NCBI GenBank assembly: GCA_951406725.2
Contig: OX597823.1
Coordinates: forward strand, 105,152,001 to 105,216,000
DNA length: 64,000 nucleotides
Direction of reading: 5' to 3'
Source of the DNA: Octopus vulgaris
Lineage: Eukaryota
The position numbers and the translations under genes are program-made. Position 1 is the first letter of the stretch, and each line of letters starts with the position of its first letter. The notes under the pieces were generated by a model that did no database searches, was not told the DNA's origin, and saw nothing but the letters and a program-made list of their open reading frames with translations. Below are positions 1 through 11,621 of the stretch, one piece after another.

Positions 1-71
1 AGTGTGGTAACGATTCTGCCAGCTCACTGCCTTATTAAATTACTGCTTTTAGTCTTAAGGCTTAAAATACT

Positions 72-275
72 TTTATTGCCTTTGCCTTACCGAAGGCAGA
101 GGTATTGTTTTCAGTTGTGTTTGTTTGTTTGTCCATGGACAAGATATCTCAAGAACCACCGCTGGATGGATTCAGTTGAAACTTTCAGGAATGTTTGACC
201 TTGTGACTGGCACGGTCTCATTAGATTTTGGGATCAATCTGGTACCGGACCAAGGATTCTGGATTATTTTTCCGA
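72..275 (+). mobile_element. Non-autonomous DINE-1/HINE-like repeat fragment
   Basis: Short hairpin (gccttaccgaaggc), then a gttt microsatellite and ggatggattcagttgaaactttcagg...attagattttggga. This layout recalls Helentron-associated elements; family assignment is from recall only. Confidence 0.35.
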
Positions 276-924
276 TTTTTTCTTTATATGTATATGGACA
301 GTTTCACATAGTTCTCTTGTACATGCACACACATGCACATATATACATCTTCAGTGTTGAACATTACCATCCCATTTCCATTGTACACACACACACACAT
401 GCATGCAAACATAGCTCTCTTTTACACATACATATACTCACACTTCAAACACCGTTTAGTGACTTTTTCACTCCTTCCTTCATTATTCATTTATCACCCC
501 TTCCTTTCTCATTCATACGACACTCTTTGCCACTTCATTTCATCTTTCTCATTGTCATTATTTTCTCTCACTCTCCCTCAGTCATGACTATTACTCTTAC
601 TACTTCTCCTTCACTGTATTAGTATTTCATCTCCTCTCCCTTGAGGCACATGATCCACCACATTGTAACAAGGATTAGATCTTGTGGTGGGATTCTTCTT
701 GAGGATTACATTAAATGCACATATGTCTTTGGAATACTCAACCATTTACACTATAATTCAGAAATTGTTGTTTTCAGTCAGTCAAACAGTTTCATTCAAT
801 GCAATCAATGAGAAAACCATCTCTATTTTGATTTACACACAGTGTTTACATTTCTTACTGTGTAGAAACTCTGTTGTAGACTTTTAAGGAGTCGAATATA
901 AACACAAAGGAACACCCCTCCACA

Positions 925-1120
925 CACATACACGCACAAATAGACACATATGTACATATGACAGGCTTTCACAGAGTTTCCAGCTGCCAAATTCACTCAG
1001 AAGGCATTGGTCAGGCTCAGGGCTACAGTAGAGAATACTCGTCTAAGATGCCATGCAGTGAGATTGAACCTGAAATCATGTGGTTTCAAAGCAAGCTTCT
1101 TGACTACACAGCCATGTCTA
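925..1120 (-). mobile_element. SINE family B, degenerate 5' half
   Basis: Reverse complement aligns to the head of the full copy at 38698 (ggctgtgtagtcaagaagcttgct...ggttcaatctcactgcatggcatctt). Confidence 0.75.
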
Positions 1121-1484
1121 TGCCAATGAGATAAAAGGTAAAAATCTTCATAAATATGTTGGGCAATAAAGCCATGCATTAGAGTCACAGCACAATATTT
1201 ACAGAAAACAGAAATTGAGGAACATTTTCCCCAATGAAAGTATCAAAAGTAAATTTATTAAATTATTGAAAAATTGTTTGTTATTTGAATAACAAAAAGA
1301 AAAAAAAACAGAAAAATAGTTTGCTGCGAATTAGTGATGAGATAAAATAGATTGCAATGGTACTGATGTAGTGTGTTAAAGACAAGTCTAGCGGAAGTTC
1401 ATTTTGCTTTGTGATTTTTATCAGAAATATAAGGAATAAATGAACTAAAAGGAAATAACTTTACAAAAAATATCAAATCTTTTT

Positions 1485-1662
1485 ATCTCTTATTTTTTGC
1501 TCGTTTCAGTCATTCGACTGTGGCCATGCTGGGGCATCATCTTGAAGGGTTTAGTCAAATTAATTGACCCCCAGCACTTTTTCAAACCTGGTACTTATTC
1601 CGTTAGTCAATTTTGCTGAACTGCTAAGTTATGGGGATGTAAACAAGTCAACATTGGTTGTC
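1485..1662 (-). mobile_element. SINE family B, 3' half
   Basis: gtttcagtcattcgactgtggccatgctgg matches the family B tail in reverse. Confidence 0.75.
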
Positions 1663-1892
1663 AATATTCCATTCTATAACTGATTCTATTGCACAATACA
1701 CATGTTCATATATACATACCCATATACACCCATATATATACACAGTTGTTCTTAATAATATAATGTTTATTAATGGAATACCTAGTAATATTTCTACTAA
1801 TATCTTCTACATTGACCCTGGCTTTAAGGGAGTTATTATTGTACAAATACAAATACAGAGATGCACATACATAGATATATACATAATCATCA

Positions 1893-1929
<37 letters not shown>

Positions 1930-2254
1930 ACATCAATGATGATAATGGTGGTGAATATGAAGACCCGTAACAATTGCACTCTGGGGGGTCATTATCCTCA
2001 TAAAAGAATACTCATGCACCGTCATATTCAATTTCAATTTGTCAAATATCTGTTTACTGTGAATTAGTTCAGAGAACATGTCAATTTTGTAATATTCAGC
2101 ATTAGAATTACTTCATATTGACATATTCCTATGAAATGATGTTATGAAAGAACACCAAAATATATAAGTTCAATGATTTCTGGATGGTATTCTTGTGATA
2201 CTTTTATTAGTGTTATCTGCTGGTATTAAATTCCTGATAAGTGAAGCATGTACA

Positions 2255-2415
2255 GACAAGGTTGAGTGATAAGAAGTTAGTTTCCGAACCATACGGTTCT
2301 GGGTTCAGTCTTACTGCGTGGTACCTTGGGCAAGTGTCTTCTGCTATAGCCTTAGGATGAATAAAACCTTGTGAGTGGATTTGGTAGAGAGAAACTGAAA
2401 GAAGCCTGTCATATA
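2255..2415 (+). mobile_element. SINE family B, 5' half
   Basis: ggttctgggttcagtc...ccttgggcaagtgtcttctgctatagcc...ggatttggtagagagaaactgaaagaagcc. Confidence 0.8.
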
Positions 2416-2417
2416 CA

Positions 2418-2842
2418 TTGTTGTTGTTGTTGTTGTTGTTGAAGCATGTTGTTGTTGTTGTTGTTAAAGTAGTGGGTAGCAATTTCCTTCACTACATCAG
2501 GGAGTGACGACCCTCCCTGACACGTGTCCTGGGCTCAGCTGGCTCTGGCTCACAGTACCTGGTATGGGCCACTATTCAGGGTTATGGAAAGGAGACAACC
2601 TTCAAAGAAATCTGGTGTGGAGCCCCGTAGGCAGTTTAGTGTTTGACTTAACACTCTTCTGGCAGCTCCTGCAACTCCTTTGGACTATGTCTGCAAGGTC
2701 GAAAGAGGAATCCTGACTATTCGGCTACCCAGGATTTTCTTACATCTAGCCCAGGCCTGCGCAAAACTGGACAGGAAACTTTGATTTGCTTCTCCAGATG
2801 CACAACTCCATTGTCTCCCGAGACAAAAGGATGCCAACAACA
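2418..2842 (-). mobile_element. Short non-autonomous element, probably RTE-derived, with (AAC)n tail
   Basis: GC-richer island. The minus strand starts ggcatccttttgtctcgggagacaatgg, resembling RTE/BovB 5' ends, and ends in (AAC)n. No ORF. Confidence 0.4.
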
Positions 2843-3088
2843 ATATGATAAACACCTAAATGGAATTAACATGCTATCCACTTGATAGAATCATTAAATG
2901 GTTTTATCTTTAATTAATTAATTTACAGATTCGTTTGGATACTTACCCTCCGGCTGCACCTCTCCTACACACGGATCACAGTGGACTCTAGTCTTGATCA
3001 GAAATCCTTGCAATACACCACGACGTCTAAAAACCTTTGAACTTTACGTAAAACTGCTGCTATTATTGTCATTACTTTATTTTTGTTC

Positions 3089-3124
3089 CTTTCTGTAGAA
3101 GAGTGTAGGCTCGAAACGTAAAAG
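3089..3124 (+). ncRNA. Minimal type-I hammerhead motif (A6U variant) in a Penelope-type terminal fragment (~2925-3208)
   Basis: cttt CTGTAGA a gagt-gtag-gctc GAAA cgT A aaag. Stem I is cttt/aaag and stem III is the palindrome acgt. The downstream tacaccacctgtcttc recurs inverted at ~60270-60295. Confidence 0.6.
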
Positions 3125-3327
3125 ACTTTTTCTATTCCTGAGCGTTATACTAATACATCTGTTTGTTTTGTACACCACCTGTCTTCATCTTTTGCTTTTT
3201 TTCGTAATTTCAGTTAGATTATTTACTTATGATTAAGCTCGCACTTATAAAGCGTTTTCATGAAGCCTTAGCAGCTATAAATATTTTCAATTGATATTTT
3301 TCATCAACTATTTAAGCAGATATGTCT

Positions 3328-3414
3328 ATCTGATGAAGCATCATTACATATTTAAATGGATTTGATTATTCTTGGAAATCTTTGTTTTATTAATGAAGCA
3401 GAAATAGCTGTAAT
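3328..3414 (+). ncRNA. Degenerate hammerhead motif
   Basis: CTGATGA (3330), stem II gcatcatta/taatgaagc, then GAAA tagctgT A. Stem I is weak. Confidence 0.5.
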
Positions 3415-3639
3415 TTATGAGATTTGTTTGTATAATATATTTAAATTGAATTGAATTTATAATTGTTCAATTTATTGTTTTATTTTCCATTTCTTATTTA
3501 TATTTATATACTAATAAACTGTATGTTTATTTATTATTTACCTATTGGAATAACATCGTTATTGATACAGGTTATATAAGCCAGTAAATTCTTTGGATAT
3601 TTAATATCCTTTAGGAGAATTTTACACCTAGCAAAATTG

Positions 3640-4165
<526 letters not shown>

Positions 4166-4694
4166 ATAATCATTACAAAGTAATTATAAAGTAAAAATGG
4201 AAGTAGCTGTGCCTGTACCTTTTTAATGATTAAACTGACACTACCAAGATGCTACAGCTTTAGTCCTGACACACTCTGAAATCAAATCACTTATTTGCCA
4301 AACATATGCAGTTTAGAAAAATAACACAACATCATTAAGACCATCATTATTATCATTACGAAAAATTATAAAATAATTTCATGAATATTTTTTTTTCCTT
4401 GCTTCATAAAGCCTTCAAGTTTTCAAATGATTTATTCCCTGATGTTACCAAACAAAAGCATCTATTTTATTTGATTTCTTTTTCAAACGTGAGAATTTAT
4501 ATTTAATAGCAACATCACAAGACTGAAATACTGCAAGACTGGTGATCTGTTTTGCATGTTATCTTTATAATCAATGATAGTAAATCATTTTTTAAAAATC
4601 TTCTTTGTATTATTTCTGTTTTGCTTCTTTTATTTTTTTCTCATCAAAAGATGGTGGAGTAGACGATTGGGGTTGTAGAGTATGGGTCTAAACT

Positions 4695-5000
4695 GATTGC
4701 TGGCAGAATTGTTAGTGTGCCGGGCAAAATGCTTAGTGGCATCTGTCTATATGTTCTGAGTTCAAATGGTACCGAGATTTATTTTGCCTTTCATCCTTTT
4801 GGGGTCGATAAAATAAGCACCAGTTGACTCTGGGGCCAACGTAATCTATTTATCACCCACCTCCAAATTTAAAACCAATATTTGCTTTCATCCCTTAAGA
4901 AATTTGCTTTTCAAATATGTGGCTTCAGGTTCAATTCTGCAGTATGGCACCTTGGGCATGTGTTTTCTGCTATAGCCCCAGGTCAATCAAAGCCTTGTAA
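4695..5000 (+). mobile_element. SINE family A copy followed by a family B 5' half
   Basis: gctggcagaatt...gagttcaaat...gcctttcatcc, then caccttgggcatgtgttttctgctatagcc. Confidence 0.75.
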
Positions 5001-5013
5001 GAAAAATCCCATC

Positions 5014-5053
<40 letters not shown>

Positions 5054-5142
5054 GTGTGTGTGTGTTTGTGTTCGTGTGTGTGTATCTGCTGAGATGATTC
5101 AAAAACACCACACCTAATGACCTAATTGTATATCCTTTCTAC

Positions 5143-5224
5143 CCCTCTGATGAGATTTTGTCTAATATAATGATTTAATTATTGCAATTTAATGTTTTAG
5201 GATAAATCAAAACAGCTGTAAGAG
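5143..5224 (+). ncRNA. Hammerhead motif with G12 mutated to A
   Basis: ccct CTGATGA gattttgtct...aggataaatc aAAA cagctgT A agag. Stem III is the palindrome acagctgt. Confidence 0.65.
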
Positions 5225-5390
5225 AATATGTATTTTTGCAGATAATAAATTATATTAATGCTATATTTCCATTTTCTAAATATTCTGTATATATATATAT
5301 ATACACAGAAAATTTAGAAAATATAGGCTGTATATATATATATATACTACACATAGCTAAAAGGCCGATTATATATATATATATATATAT

Positions 5391-6008
5391 ATAATGAAAT
5401 TTAAATTTTCTAAAGGTTAGTTGCCTGTTTTCAGTTTCAATTTTCCTGTAACAAGTGGATTATAAGTGGATAAATCAGTGTATTGGCTTTAGAATAACCC
5501 TCTTTAGCCCTTAATTATAAGATGTTTATACTTCAACCGTAACGGTTTTTTTAATATACTGCCACGCTTCCTGATGGATTCGTTTTCTGTAGAGAAAGGG
5601 ACTTCATCCTATATTGTTAGTAGTAAACTCACTGCTTGTTACAAGGGGACCGGTAGCCATTACAATATGTAGCGGCGAAAGGTCAACACGTTGTTTCTGA
5701 GGCTGACCAAGGAATTTTTACTTTTAGATATAAGTGATGTACTTAAGTGTAGTTATGTTTTTAGCTTGTGCTTTTTCCATGATCACATGGGAGTATTTTA
5801 TTTATATCCCCTCGAAAGCTCTACTGAAGAAAGAATATATCTTTTATAAGATTAATTCCGAAATTGATTCAATATAGAGATAACGAAAATTAAATTTTCT
5901 AAAGGTTAGTTGCCCGTTTTCAGTTTCAATTTTCCTGTAACAAGTGGATTATAGGTGGATAAATCAGTGTATTGGCTTTAGAATAACCCTCTTTAGCCCT
6001 TAATTATA
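5391..6008 (+). mobile_element. Retrozyme-like element: 489-nt unit plus ~128-nt terminal redundancy, inserted in (TA)n
   Basis: 5391-5519 is repeated at 5880-6008. A hammerhead lies immediately before the second copy. No ORF; TA tracts on both sides. Confidence 0.75.
5819..5879 (+). ncRNA. Type-I hammerhead ribozyme with intact core
   Basis: ctcta CTGAAGA aagaat..atctt-ttat-aagat..attcc GAAA ttg-att-caaT A tagag. Predicted cleavage after 5874. Confidence 0.8.
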
Positions 6009-6125
6009 TATATATATATATATATAGATATAGGGTAAAAAATTATTAATTTATAATTAATAAATTTCACCAAGTAGTTTCGGTATAGAAAGGAACCATA
6101 TTCGGTAAAAAATTATACAAGAAGT

Positions 6126-6150
<25 letters not shown>

Positions 6151-6157
<7 letters not shown>

Positions 6158-6284
6158 TAACAATAATTAAGGGTTTAGCAACGAGTTGCTTAACCACATA
6201 CCGAAAAATTTAGAAATGACTGCTATTTCTAAATTTTTCGGTATGTGGTTAAGCAACTCGTTGCTAAACCCTTAATTATTGTTA

Positions 6285-6291
<7 letters not shown>
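6151..6291. repeat. Perfect fold-back palindrome (67-bp arms, 7-nt loop) in (TA)n
   Basis: 6151-6217 is the reverse complement of 6225-6291. Confidence 0.95.
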
Positions 6292-6324
<33 letters not shown>

Positions 6325-6390
6325 TGTTATTACAAAAGTATAGATAACCCATCAGATTAATGCAAAATTGTTTTTATTATAACTGAACAT

Positions 6391-6608
6391 AAGGCGGTGA
6401 GCTGGCAGAATCATTAGCATGCCGGGTGAAATGTTGAACAGTATTTTGTCTGCTGCTACATTCTGAGTTCAAATACCACTGGGGTTGACTTTGCTTTTCA
6501 TCCTTTTGAGGGTCAATTAAATAAGTATCAGTTATGTACTGGGGTTGATGAAATCGACTAGCCCCTCCCCCAAATTTCAGGATTTGTGCCTATAGTAGAA
6601 AAGATTAT
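6391..6608 (+). mobile_element. SINE family A (tRNA-like head, conserved core, cccctccccca tail type)
   Basis: A-box-like ggcggtgagctggcagaa, B-box-like gagttcaaat, core ctttcatcc...taagta. Confidence 0.85.
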
Positions 6609-6716
6609 AACTGAACACAAAAACCATTTACACACACATACATATGCATATATAGACACACATACATATGCATATATAGGCACACTTCAGTAACACAGTG
6701 GAAGTATGTTGTGCAG

Positions 6717-7225
6717 ATATTTGTAATCAGAAACCTTATTTAAGAGCGTATTGTTGAGAGTATGGATGAGGAAATCACTGTTGGACAGGCACTGGTTTAC
6801 ATATTCAGTCTTGAACTCATTGAGGTAAAGACCTACACAATTTGAGGCTTGTTCAAGAGATTGTAAAAGAGACTGGGCATTGGAGACAGAATAACTGATA
6901 AGAGCAATGTCATCAAAATCTCTCGTGGAAGCGTCATCCAACCAAAGTACAAATATATGGGAAACTACCACCTGTATCATCTCTTGTGAAAGGTAGAAGA
7001 GTCCAGTTTGCTGGACATTGTTGTAGAGCTGAAAATGAGGTAATTTCTACTCTTCTCCTCTGGAAGCAATCTGCTCGCGATACCAGAGGGCGCACACTCG
7101 CCTACCCTGATGTAATCTCCAGGGATACAGGCATCCAGCAACAGAACCTCTGTAATGCTATGATGGACCGTGAGGTCTGGCGTAGTAAATTCCATTGTCT
7201 CGGCCACGGTCGAACAATGATGATG
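6717..7225. mobile_element. RTE-type LINE 3' fragment with 5' inversion
   Basis: The minus part encodes RT (DFDDIALI...LEQASNCVGLYLNEFKTEY). The plus part encodes the C-terminus (RRVQFAGHCCR...AMMDREVWR) and an (ATG)n tail. TSD atgttgtgcag at 6706-6716 and 7226-7236. Confidence 0.8.
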
Positions 7226-8249
7226 ATGTTGTGCAGTAACATGACCTTAGTTCTAAATGACCAGACTAATTTTTTTTTTAACTAGGTACCACTTGACCAA
7301 GCAAGAGGTGATTAGCACTGGTGAAAACAATGTACTTGCTCAATCTATTTATTAGAAATCGAACCAAGGAAGAGTTGCTCCCTCCTATAAAAATTGCTGC
7401 TAAATCTCTCTCAAATCACACTCTACGATCTTAAATTAATAAAGAATACACTGGATTATGTAGTTATTGATATGCTCAAAAATAAGTGGTAGTCTCTGTT
7501 AGGGTGACCTGTAACAAAAGAACTATAACTACTTTGAAAGACACCTAGCTCCTATGTTTTGATTGCAAAACATGCCTTTACATCTGTTTCCACAAATAGC
7601 TATGTCCCTTGTCTACAATTGTCCTACCTCTGTTTCTGCCTTTATATTTCACACCTCTGCTTCTACAACTGTCACGTCTTGTCCTACCTCAGTTTTCACT
7701 CTTATAATTCACACCTCCGCTTCTACAAATGTTGCATCACTGCTTTAAGAAATGTCACATTGCTGTTTTAGCAAACAAGACATTTCAGTGAATGTATTTA
7801 CAAACGCCACAACAAGTGTTGGTGCTGCAAGTCAAATGGAGCAATCCATAATGTTGAGCAAAATTCTCCTCTGGAAATGGCTTGTAACCAAGAGAAACAG
7901 AAAGGTTAACAAACAAACAAGAAATTGGCAAATATAAAACACAAATTTTGCAAAAGAAACTCTGAAACCCTGTATGAAAATAGTGGAGTAAAGTGTGTTT
8001 GTGTGTATGAATTCATTTGTATGTGTATATGTGTATGTATGTGTTAACATTGTGCATGTGTGTGGGTAAGAGTGTGAATAAAACAGCTTTGAATTAACAT
8101 ATGTCACCCCCACCCCCCACCTTGGCACAGATCAATTTCTCACAAGACATTGATTTGTTCATTCATATTTATTTGCTTTCGGAAGAAACGAGTTGGGTTG
8201 GCAGTGGGAGAATTGACTCACTGCTTTATTGCAAATTTGTTGGGTGTAT

Positions 8250-8501
8250 TACTTCTTTCTTTCTTTCTTTATTCCTTCCTTCCTTTCTTTATTTCTTTCT
8301 CTCTTCCTTTCTTTCTCTTTATTCCTTTCTTTCTTTCTTTCTTTCTTTATTCCTTCCTTCCTTCCTTCCTTCCTTCCTTTCTTTATTTCTTTCTCTCTTC
8401 CTTTCTTTCTCTTTATTCCTTTCTTTCTTTCTTTTTTCTTTCTTTCTTTATTCCTTCCTTCCTTCCTTCCTTCCTTTCTTTATTTCTTTCTCTCTTCCTT
8501 C

Positions 8502-8579
<78 letters not shown>

Positions 8580-9179
8580 CTCTTCCTTTCTTTCTCTTTA
8601 TTACTTTCTTCATTCCTTTCTTTCTTTCTTTCTTTCTTCCTTTCTTTCTTTCTTCCTTCCTTTCTTTCTTTCTTTCATCTTTCCTTTCTTTCTTTCCTTC
8701 TTTCTTTCTTTCTTTCTTCCTTTCTTTCTCTTTATTCCTTTCTTTCTTCCTTTCTTTCTTTCTTTCTTTCTTTATTCCTTTCTTTCTTTCTTTCTTTCTT
8801 TATTCCTTCCTTTCTCTTTCTTTCCTTCTTTCTTTCTTTCTCTCTTCCTTTCTTTCTCTTTATTCCTTTCTTTCTTTCTTTCTTTATTCCTTCCTTCCTT
8901 CCTTCCTTCCTTTATTTATTTCTTTCTCTCTTCTTTCCTTTCTCTTTCTTTCTTTCTTTCTTTCTTTCTTTATTCCTTCCTTCCTTCCTTCCTTCCTTTC
9001 TTTATTTCTTTCTCTCTTCCTTCCTTTCTCTTTCTTTCTTTCTTTCTCTCTTCCTTCCTTTCTCTTTCTTTCTTTCTTTCTTTCTCTCTTCCTTTCTTTC
9101 TCTTTATTACTTTCTTCATTCCTTTCTTTCTTTCTTCCTTTCTTTCTTTCTTTCTTTCTCTCTTCCTTCCTTTCTCTTT

Positions 9180-9214
<35 letters not shown>

Positions 9215-9250
9215 CTCTTCCTTTCTTTCTCTTTATTACTTTCTTCATTC

Positions 9251-9317
<67 letters not shown>

Positions 9318-10050
9318 TCCTTTCTTTCTTTCTTTCTTTCTTTCTTCCTTTCTTTCTTCTTCCTTTCTTTCCTTTCTTTCTTTCTTTCTCTCTTCCTTTC
9401 TTTTTTTCTTTCTTTCTTTCTATCTTCCTTTCTTTCTCTTTCTTCCTTTCTTTCTTCCTTTCTTTCTCTCTTCCTTTCTTTCTCTTTCTTTCTCTCTTCC
9501 TTTCTTTCTTTCTTTCTCTTTATTCCTTTCTTTCTTTCCCTCTTCCTTTCTTTCTCTTTATTCCTTTCTTTCTTTCCCTCTTCCTTTCTTTCTCTTTCTT
9601 CCTTTCTTTCTCTTTTCCTTCCTTTCTCTTTCTTCCTTTCTTTCTTTCTTTCTCTCTTCCTTTCTTTCTCTTTATTCCTTTCTTTCTTTCCCTCTTCCTT
9701 TCTTTCTCTTTCTTTCTTTCTCTCTTCTTTTCTTTCTCTTTATTCCTTTCTTTCTTTCTTTCTCTTTTCCTTCCTTTCTCTTTCTTTCTTTCTTTCTTTC
9801 TTTCTCTCTTCCTTTCTTTCTCTTTATTCCTTTCTTTCTTTCTCTTTCTTTCTTTCTCTCTTCCTTTCTTACTCTTTATTCTTTTCTTTCTTTCTCTCTT
9901 CCTTTCTTTCTCTTTCTTTCTTTCTCTCTTCTTTTCTTTCTCTTTATTCCTTTCTTTCTTTCTCTCTTCCTTTCTTTCTCTTTATTCCTTTCTCTCTTCC
10001 TTCCTTCCTTCCTTCCTTCCTTTCTTCCTTTCTTTTGTTTTTTCTTCTTC
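8250..10050. repeat. 1.8-kb polypyrimidine (TTTC/TTCC)n compound satellite
   Basis: Directly visible, with recurring higher-order units such as ctctcttcctttctttctctttattcc. Confidence 0.97.
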
Positions 10051-10349
10051 TGTTTTATGGAAAACAGAAAATCCAATTTGACATCATTCCCCCCTGTGTT
10101 TGTGCGGTTAATGTTCATTTTCTTATTGCTGCTTCATTATCACTGAGGTCTTAATCAATTTCTTCTTTATTTCATTCTCCTCCTGTAATCGGTAACACTG
10201 TTAATGACATAATATTGATTATTTCGAGAACGTCTTTCAGTTCACTGGATAAAATGACTGGCGATTTGACAACAACAACAAAACCAACTAAAACAAACAA
10301 AGCTAACAGACACATGAAACTTTTTTTTAAATAAACAAGCAAAAATTGC

Positions 10350-10389
<40 letters not shown>

Positions 10390-10619
10390 TTAATAATAAT
10401 AATTATAGCCATAAACAGCAAAAAACAACAATTATTTCACCTCAGTTCAGTGCATTAATTGTCAGGTTGGTGCCTAAATATTATGATATGGTAGGATGGG
10501 GAGTAATTAAACTAACCCAAAACAGCCAAATTATTTTTTACACTTCCTGATCAGAATGTGTGTATGTGTGTGTGTATCTCTATGTATATCTATCTATACA
10601 TACATACAATATACATACA

Positions 10620-10733
<114 letters not shown>

Positions 10734-10792
10734 CATATATATATATTTATATGTATGTGTGTGTGTATATATATGTATGTACATATATAATG

Positions 10793-10832
<40 letters not shown>

Positions 10833-10834
10833 CA

Positions 10835-11589
10835 AGTGTCACTATGAAAGGTTACTAAATGTAAAAAATGAATGGGAGAAGTCTACCAAATATCAAACCA
10901 ATTGAGGGACCAGCCATCAGTGTTGAGAGCAGCATAATAGATAAGGCAGTTAAGGACATGTAGATAGGGAAAGCCCTAGGGGCATCAGGAATCAGTGCCA
11001 AGGGGATTAAAATCAAGTCTGGAAAGTTACTAAGAGGGTTATAGCTCAATTGGTTAGAAATAGAATTAAACTAGATGTCATGCAGTTTGGTTTTGTACCT
11101 GGGAAGAGAACCACAGATGCCATCTTCTTACTGAGACAGCTGCAGGAAAAGTACTTGGCCAAAAGTAAGCCATTGTACTTAGCCTTTGTCAACGCGGAGA
11201 AAGCTTTTGACAGAGTTCCCTGCTCTGTTATATGGTGATCTGTAAGGAAGTTGGGAGTAGAGGAGTGGCTTGTTAGAGCTGTACAAGCCATGCTCAGTGG
11301 TGCTGTCAGTAAGGTGAGAGTCGACCATGAATACAGTTCTCGGCCCATTCTTATTTATTATAGTCCTCCAGTCCATAACAGAGGAATTCAAAACTGGGTG
11401 CCCATGGGGACTACTATATGCTGATGACCTTGCTCTTATCGCAGAATCTTTTGCAGAATTGGAGAAGAAATTCCAGGTATAGAAGCAAAACCTGGAATCA
11501 AAGGGTCTTAAAGTTAACCTAGCAAAGACCAAAGTTGTTAGTAAGGAAGAAGATAAAACTCTCCTTCTGTCAGGTAAATGGCCCTGCTC

Positions 11590-11590
<1 letters not shown>
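10835..11590 (+). pseudogene. RTE-clade LINE reverse transcriptase fragment
   Basis: QFGFVPGKRTTDAIFLLRQLQEKY...AFVNAEKAFDRVP and LLYADDLAL, with stops and deletions. Confidence 0.9.

Positions 11591-11619
<29 letters not shown>

Positions 11620-11621
<2 letters not shown>

Noticed and set aside
6060-6110. Minus-strand acc GAAA hammerhead-like fold
   Set aside because: The core segment is too short to fit CUGANGA; more likely a terminal structure.
8101-10154. Three 640-680 aa ORFs rich in F/L/S
   Set aside because: They are translations of a (TTTC)n tract that lacks stop codons.
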